This document shows positions 56,361 to 60,501 of a stretch of DNA of 60,501 nt, piece by piece. Position 1 is the first letter of the stretch. Each line of letters begins with the position of its first letter. Where the stretch lies: positions 1 through 60,501 of the IMG/VR virus record IMGVR_UViG_3300028189_000001; one strand, 5' to 3'. Made by a program: the position numbers and the translations under genes. The notes under the pieces are model-generated. The model was not told where the DNA came from. It made no database searches and saw only the letters and a program-made list of their open reading frames with translations. The stretch comes from a virus (lineage: Duplodnaviria > Caudoviricetes).

Positions 56361-56624
56361 TTAACTATTCACAACGACTATATCTTGCTCTCTTATAACT
56401 GAGAGTTTTTCTTTTCCGTATAATATGGTATGACCTGCTGCCCTATCGTACACAACTTCCATTCCACCTTTAATAACATCTACAACATCTGTTCCTGCTG
56501 AAACAACCTCACCCTTGCGGTATCGGATGTCGTTAATATCTTCGGAAGAAAGTAACAGACCGCTTTCAGTCTGTACCTCTTCCTCTATGGGTCTGATTAC
56601 TAAATACTTACCTATAGCCTCCAT
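56361..56624 (-). CDS. groES: Co-chaperonin GroES
   Basis: LVIRP, TESGLLL mobile loop, GEVVSAG, IREQDI. Confidence 0.9.
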   Translation of the reverse strand: MEAIGKYLVIRPIEEEVQTESGLLLSSEDINDIRYRKGEVVSAGTDVVDVIKGGMEVVYDRAAGHTILYGKEKLSVIREQDIVVVNS

Positions 56625-58196
56625 CTATACCTCCCCTTCTCTAGCAATAGTAACAATACTATTGGTGCTTAAGATTGTTACAGCTACAGACACAGCATTC
56701 TGTAATGCTTGCCTTGTTACCTTCGTAGGGTCTATGATTCCCATATTAATCATATTCCCACGGTTTAACGTTACCATATCATACCCTACTCCTTTTTCAC
56801 TAAACATATTATCAGGATATAGTGAGTCACCATTTTGTGATGCGTTCGCACAAATTTGTATCATTGGTGAACGTAATGCTTTATACATTATTTTATCTAA
56901 TGGCGTGTCTCCGCAGCAATACTTCGTAGCAATCTCTGCCAACGCTACCCCACCTCCTGATAATATTCCTTCCTCAGTAGCAGAGCGTACAGCTAGTACC
57001 GCATCCTCTACCCTGTCAAATAATTCTTTCTGCTCTATATCAGAGTTTCCTCCAACAAATATCTGCCCAATAGAGCCTGTTAAAGCAGCAACACGACTTA
57101 GTATAAACTCTTTGTCAGCCTTGGTATTACTCACGCTATCAAGGGCAAGCAATTGGTTCACTCTAACAGTTACCAACTCAGGGTCTATACTGTCGTGCTT
57201 TATTAATATTGTATCATCTCTAGACACTACAACCTTATGTGCTAAGCCCAAGTCCTGCTCAGTAATTAGAGATAGGTCATCACCAGTCTTCTCAGAAAAA
57301 TATGTCGCTCCTGTCGCAACAGCTATGTCTTGCATCAGCTCATGCTGACGGTAACCAAATTGTGGTGGAGGAACAGTTGCAATCTTTAAGTTACGCTTCA
57401 TCACATTGGCAGCCAGTGTGTTAGTCACATTGACCGATGTGGGAGCTATAATTAATAACGACTGCCCTTTCTTTATAACAGGCTCCAACACCTTCTCTAT
57501 CTGTAAAACATTTGATATCTCAGCGTCTGATACCAAGAGGCGAACGTCATTCTCAAAAATTACCTCGTCCTTCTTCTGGTCGTTTATAAATAATGGAGTA
57601 GTATAACCCCTGTCAAAACGTATACCGTCTGTTGTCTTATAATATGTCTCTGGTGTGTCACTCTTCTCAACAGTAACAATCCCATCCTTGCCCACCTCAT
57701 TGTAGCACTTAGATATCAGACCGCCCACAAAATGGTCGTTGTTTGAACTTATTATCGCCACATCCTTTAAACGCTTCTTTGATACAGACCTGCTCTTTTT
57801 CTTTAACTCACCTATCACAAACTTAGTCTCGTTAGTTATGTCACGCAATAATTGAGTCCTGTTATCAGTCATGTGCTCAAACCCACACTTGACAAACGCC
57901 TCAGCCAATACAATGGAAGTAGTAGTGCCATCACCAGCAGATGATGCCGTCCGCTCAGCAGCCTCCCTCATCATCCTAACAGCTAAGTTCTCAACTGGGT
58001 CAATAAGCTCTATTGATTTAGCAACAGTCACACCATCCTTGGTCACAGTCAAACCCTGTGTGTGATTAGGTGACTCCATTAGAACAGTGTTGCCGCTACT
58101 GCCTAATGTGCTCTTGACAGTCTTGGATATCTTTGTAATACCCTCGATTAATTTCTTCTGCCCGTCATCACCAAATGTTAAAGTCTTTGGATTCAT
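56625..58196 (-). CDS. groEL: Chaperonin GroEL
   Basis: VTKDGVTVAK, AGDGTTT, FDRGY, RVEDA, GGGVAL, GIIDPTKV. Confidence 0.97.
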   Translation of the reverse strand: MNPKTLTFGDDGQKKLIEGITKISKTVKSTLGSSGNTVLMESPNHTQGLTVTKDGVTVAKSIELIDPVENLAVRMMREAAERTASSAGDGTTTSIVLAEAFVKCGFEHMTDNRTQLLRDITNETKFVIGELKKKSRSVSKKRLKDVAIISSNNDHFVGGLISKCYNEVGKDGIVTVEKSDTPETYYKTTDGIRFDRGYTTPLFINDQKKDEVIFENDVRLLVSDAEISNVLQIEKVLEPVIKKGQSLLIIAPTSVNVTNTLAANVMKRNLKIATVPPPQFGYRQHELMQDIAVATGATYFSEKTGDDLSLITEQDLGLAHKVVVSRDDTILIKHDSIDPELVTVRVNQLLALDSVSNTKADKEFILSRVAALTGSIGQIFVGGNSDIEQKELFDRVEDAVLAVRSATEEGILSGGGVALAEIATKYCCGDTPLDKIMYKALRSPMIQICANASQNGDSLYPDNMFSEKGVGYDMVTLNRGNMINMGIIDPTKVTRQALQNAVSVAVTILSTNSIVTIAREGEV

Positions 58197-58219
58197 ATTG
58201 TAGTTAATTTTATATTATG

Positions 58220-58227
58220 CAAATATA
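58220..58227 (-). promoter_or_regulatory. -7 box TATATTTG for the groEL/late arm
   Basis: Matches TAnnTTTG; just upstream of groEL. Confidence 0.6.
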
Positions 58228-58267
58228 ATAAATATATTAATACTATTTTTAGTGGGTTATAAACATT

Positions 58268-58576
58268 ATGACGTTAAAATGACGCATCAATGACGCATCA
58301 ATTAAAAACTAATTCGCTAACCGCTAGTCTGTTACAGAGGTTTTGTGACAAATGACAACAAAATCCTATAACTGCTGAACAACTTTACTGTAAACGTGCG
58401 TGTTTTATTTTGAGCGTTTTCCCTTTTTATCTGTCATTCAGTCATTATTATAATATATATTATATATTTATTTATTATAAAGTATTAATATTAAGTATAT
58501 TATATAGTATACAGTAAAGAATAAGAGAGATGACAAAAGTAAAAAAGAACTGTCATTGAACTGTCATTGGTGTCAC
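58268..58576. repeat. Inverted TGAC/GTCA iteron array 2 with AT-rich core (putative origin)
   Basis: ATGACG x3 at 11-bp period (58268, 58279, 58290), doublet at 58345/58352, GTCATTCAGTCATT at 58433-58446, AT-rich tract, TGTCAY x3 (58551, 58562, 58571). Confidence 0.6.
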
Positions 58577-58890
58577 ATACATAGAGGTGTTGGGTTATAT
58601 AATAAATTTTAAGTCACGCCCCCCAAAAGAAAAGTTGATTTTTATTTCCTCCCCCCCTCCACATTTCAGATTCCTTCCCCCATTTTTTTGCCGTTTTTCC
58701 TCGCCCGTATAGGATACGCACACGCATGTTTCCTTTCCAAGCGAGAGGGAATCTTCTGCCGTTTTGCGTGAAACATCCTTGTAACACGCTGAGGGTGAGG
58801 GCGTAACCCCTCCATACTTATTCTGCATACATATTTAATCCATTATGATTCTCCGATAACATTCTGATACTCCGACATTTGTAAAATAAA

Positions 58891-58922
58891 TTTGGTAATG
58901 TCAAAAAATGGTTGTAGATTTG
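58891..58922 (+). promoter_or_regulatory. Full Bacteroidota sigma70 promoter (-33 TTTG, 20-nt spacer, -7 TAGATTTG); main early promoter
   Basis: TTTG at 58891-58894, TAGATTTG at 58915-58922. Confidence 0.75.
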
Positions 58923-58926
58923 CAGT

Positions 58927-59240
58927 ATCAATCAACGATAAGTGTAGTTCGCACTTCTAAAACTGGACTGGGTGGCTATCGCCACTCTCTCGCCAAAACG
59001 ACACCTATAAGCTAAAAGCGAATGGGCGTTATTGTGGATAGGGCTTCTGTTGAGAAACACATAGCCATCCCGTTGAATGGGTTGAATAAAACATTCAAGC
59101 GATAACGTAAAAGGTGTTGTGGAGCGTGAGCAAAAATGTGACTATGGTGGTTGCGTGATGGGTATATTACACCCACAACCATACAAATTCGCCACAGCCT
59201 TGCATCCATTGGGTGTGAGGCTTTTGGTGGTATAACTAAC
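58927..59240 (+). ncRNA. Putative structured RNA/leader
   Basis: GC-enriched, no credible ORF, several nested complementary segments. Confidence 0.55.
59191..59240 (+). promoter_or_regulatory. Intergenic hairpin element, class A
   Basis: AGCCTTGCATCC-ATT-GGGTGTGAGGCT...GGTGGTATAACTAA. Confidence 0.65.
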
Positions 59241-59255
59241 TAATAAATAATTATT

Positions 59256-59480
59256 ATGAAAATAACAACTAAAAGATTTTGTGCAGGAGAGTATTATGTA
59301 TATAGAGATGGTACTTATACTGGAACAATAAGTAATTTCACTACTGAAAAAGGTGTATGGGCTGTATTCGATGAGGATAACAACTGGCTTGGAACAACAG
59401 ATACAAAATGGTATTATTTAGATGCCTGTTTGCAGAATAATGAAGGTGCTGATTTATGGAATATATACAATAATAAATAA
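59256..59480 (+). CDS. Hypothetical early protein
   Basis: First ORF after the early promoter. Confidence 0.65.
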   Translation: MKITTKRFCAGEYYVYRDGTYTGTISNFTTEKGVWAVFDEDNNWLGTTDTKWYYLDACLQNNEGADLWNIYNNK

Positions 59481-59492
59481 ATAAAAATAAAG

Positions 59493-59780
59493 ATGGAAAC
59501 ACTAAAAACTAAAAAAATGGAATTAACAACGAAAGAATTAGAATTATTAAATGAGATTAAAGACAGCCAGCATGAAGAGGGACATTCTGAATTTACGAAT
59601 GAAGATGTGCTGGATAAAAAAAGGGCTGGAGTGTTGAGCAATTTGGTTCAAAAAGGATTAGTATATGATTCTTATGAGAATTATGACAAATACGATAATC
59701 CAGACAACACAAAAATGTGGTGTCTTGAACATTCAGCCGTTGATATTGTAGGACTTCCAGAAGAATGGGGTAAATATTAA
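59493..59780 (+). CDS. Hypothetical early protein (wHTH-like)
   Basis: LTTKELELL...AGVLSNLVQKGLV. Confidence 0.65.
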   Translation: METLKTKKMELTTKELELLNEIKDSQHEEGHSEFTNEDVLDKKRAGVLSNLVQKGLVYDSYENYDKYDNPDNTKMWCLEHSAVDIVGLPEEWGKY

Positions 59781-59786
59781 AATAAA

Positions 59787-59831
59787 AGATATTATGGTAC
59801 TCTGGAGGGTTCGAATCCCTCCATATCTACT
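59787..59831 (+). ncRNA. tRNA-like minihelix
   Basis: AGATAT...GGAGGG-TTCGAAT-CCCTCC-ATATCT-ACT. Confidence 0.55.
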
Positions 59832-59871
59832 TAAATAAACATAAATAATTTAAACACTAAAAACTAGAAAA

Positions 59872-60066
59872 ATGGAAACATTAAAAGTAACACCGAATTA
59901 CAGCAAAAGAACATTCACAATTAGAAAATATGACAATGGTAATGTATACTCAAAATATCGAACATCTCCTAGGTCAAGGGAAGAATTTGAATCGGAAGAA
60001 ATGAATACAGAAAGGGATTGGAGATATTTTTTGAGAAGTTCAAACGATTATTCAGTAATAAAATAA
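59872..60066 (+). CDS. Hypothetical early protein
   Basis: RTFTIR...KYRT...EEF...NT..DW..FL. Confidence 0.7.
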   Translation: METLKVTPNYSKRTFTIRKYDNGNVYSKYRTSPRSREEFESEEMNTERDWRYFLRSSNDYSVIK

Positions 60067-60074
60067 CATAACAA

Positions 60075-60105
60075 GGGATGGCATATTGCCCTCCCATAAC
60101 TAAAA
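60075..60105 (+). promoter_or_regulatory. Intergenic hairpin element, class B
   Basis: GGGATGGCA-TAT-TGCCCTCCC-ATAACTAAAA. Confidence 0.6.
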
Positions 60106-60115
60106 CATTAAAAAA

Positions 60116-60454
60116 ATGATAACTTTAAATATTGGATTAAACGATAAAGATACTCAAAAGCAAATTGATATTAATCTTGCTAGAGAGTTATCACAATGTA
60201 CTTACTCACGCTTAGAAAAAAGCGATACAGAACTAACATTAATTTGTGCAGTTAAAAATGATGTTGTTACACTAGACTATATCAATAACTTACTAGAGAA
60301 ACTTAATCAGGACTGCATTGCCGTTAAACTTAGTAATGGTAATGGATACCTAATTCACCATAAGAACCCTACTAAATACTGGGGTGACTTTAACGATGAA
60401 TATTTTATACCAATAACAAAAACTGGAGGAATGCCTAACAATTTTTTTAGATAA
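60116..60454 (+). CDS. Hypothetical early protein
   Basis: LNIGL...E.TL...LNQDCIAV...WGDFN.EYF. Confidence 0.7.
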   Translation: MITLNIGLNDKDTQKQIDINLARELSQCTYSRLEKSDTELTLICAVKNDVVTLDYINNLLEKLNQDCIAVKLSNGNGYLIHHKNPTKYWGDFNDEYFIPITKTGGMPNNFFR

Positions 60455-60501
60455 TACACTTAAAAGCCTTGCTACCATTGGTAGTGAGGCTTAAGGTGGT
60501 A
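60375..60501. repeat. Terminal direct repeat, copy 2
   Basis: Identical to 1-127; 127 nt is a typical assembler k-mer overlap. Confidence 0.95.

Noticed and set aside
54849-58196. Stop-codon reassignment suggested by TAG-ATG in-frame junctions (55011/55010, 56625/56624)
   Set aside because: Genes are full length and densely packed under the standard code, TAG falls at expected protein ends, and no suppressor tRNA is present
58595-59209. Minus-strand ORFs 58595-58828 and 59012-59209
   Set aside because: Atypical composition, opposite to or inside the promoter/structured-leader region; better explained as non-coding
59787-59831. Bona fide tRNA genes (here and at 4266)
   Set aside because: No D arm or anticodon arm; reported only as tRNA-like minihelices

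Overview
The window looks like one complete, circularly assembled dsDNA phage genome of about 60,374 bp: bases 1-127 recur exactly at 60375-60501. It is AT-rich, podovirus-like, and probably infects a Bacteroidota (flavobacterial) host, because TAnnTTTG -7 promoter boxes precede many operons. There are two divergent arms. The + strand arm (58.9 kb, through the join, to 15.07 kb) carries small early genes and a recombination/replication set: Sak/DUF1071-like annealase, PD-(D/E)XK exonuclease, SSB, primase-SF3 helicase, SNF2 helicase, VRR-NUC, DnaA-C HTH and a metallophosphoesterase. It also has two carbohydrate-active-enzyme-like genes (GH16, PL14-like) but no recognisable DNA polymerase. The - strand arm (58.2 to 15.07 kb) carries groEL-groES, two paralogous modular LamG/CBM tail fibres, a GIY-YIG homing endonuclease, lysis genes, a second GroES-like gene, terminase, portal, scaffold, major capsid, tail ring/nozzle proteins and ejected proteins, including a 3331-aa polyvalent protein. 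The least explained signals are non-coding: (i) a ~300-nt multi-stem RNA leader after the early promoter; (ii) three repeated RNA-structure families in front of early genes, including 12-bp tRNA-minihelix mimics; (iii) extended Shine-Dalgarno boxes in a host lineage that normally does not use them; (iv) two copies of an inverted, helically phased TGAC/GTCA iteron array; (v) near-identical DNA joints flanking divergent domains in the two tail-fibre genes. All protein calls come from motif recognition by eye, not database searches.
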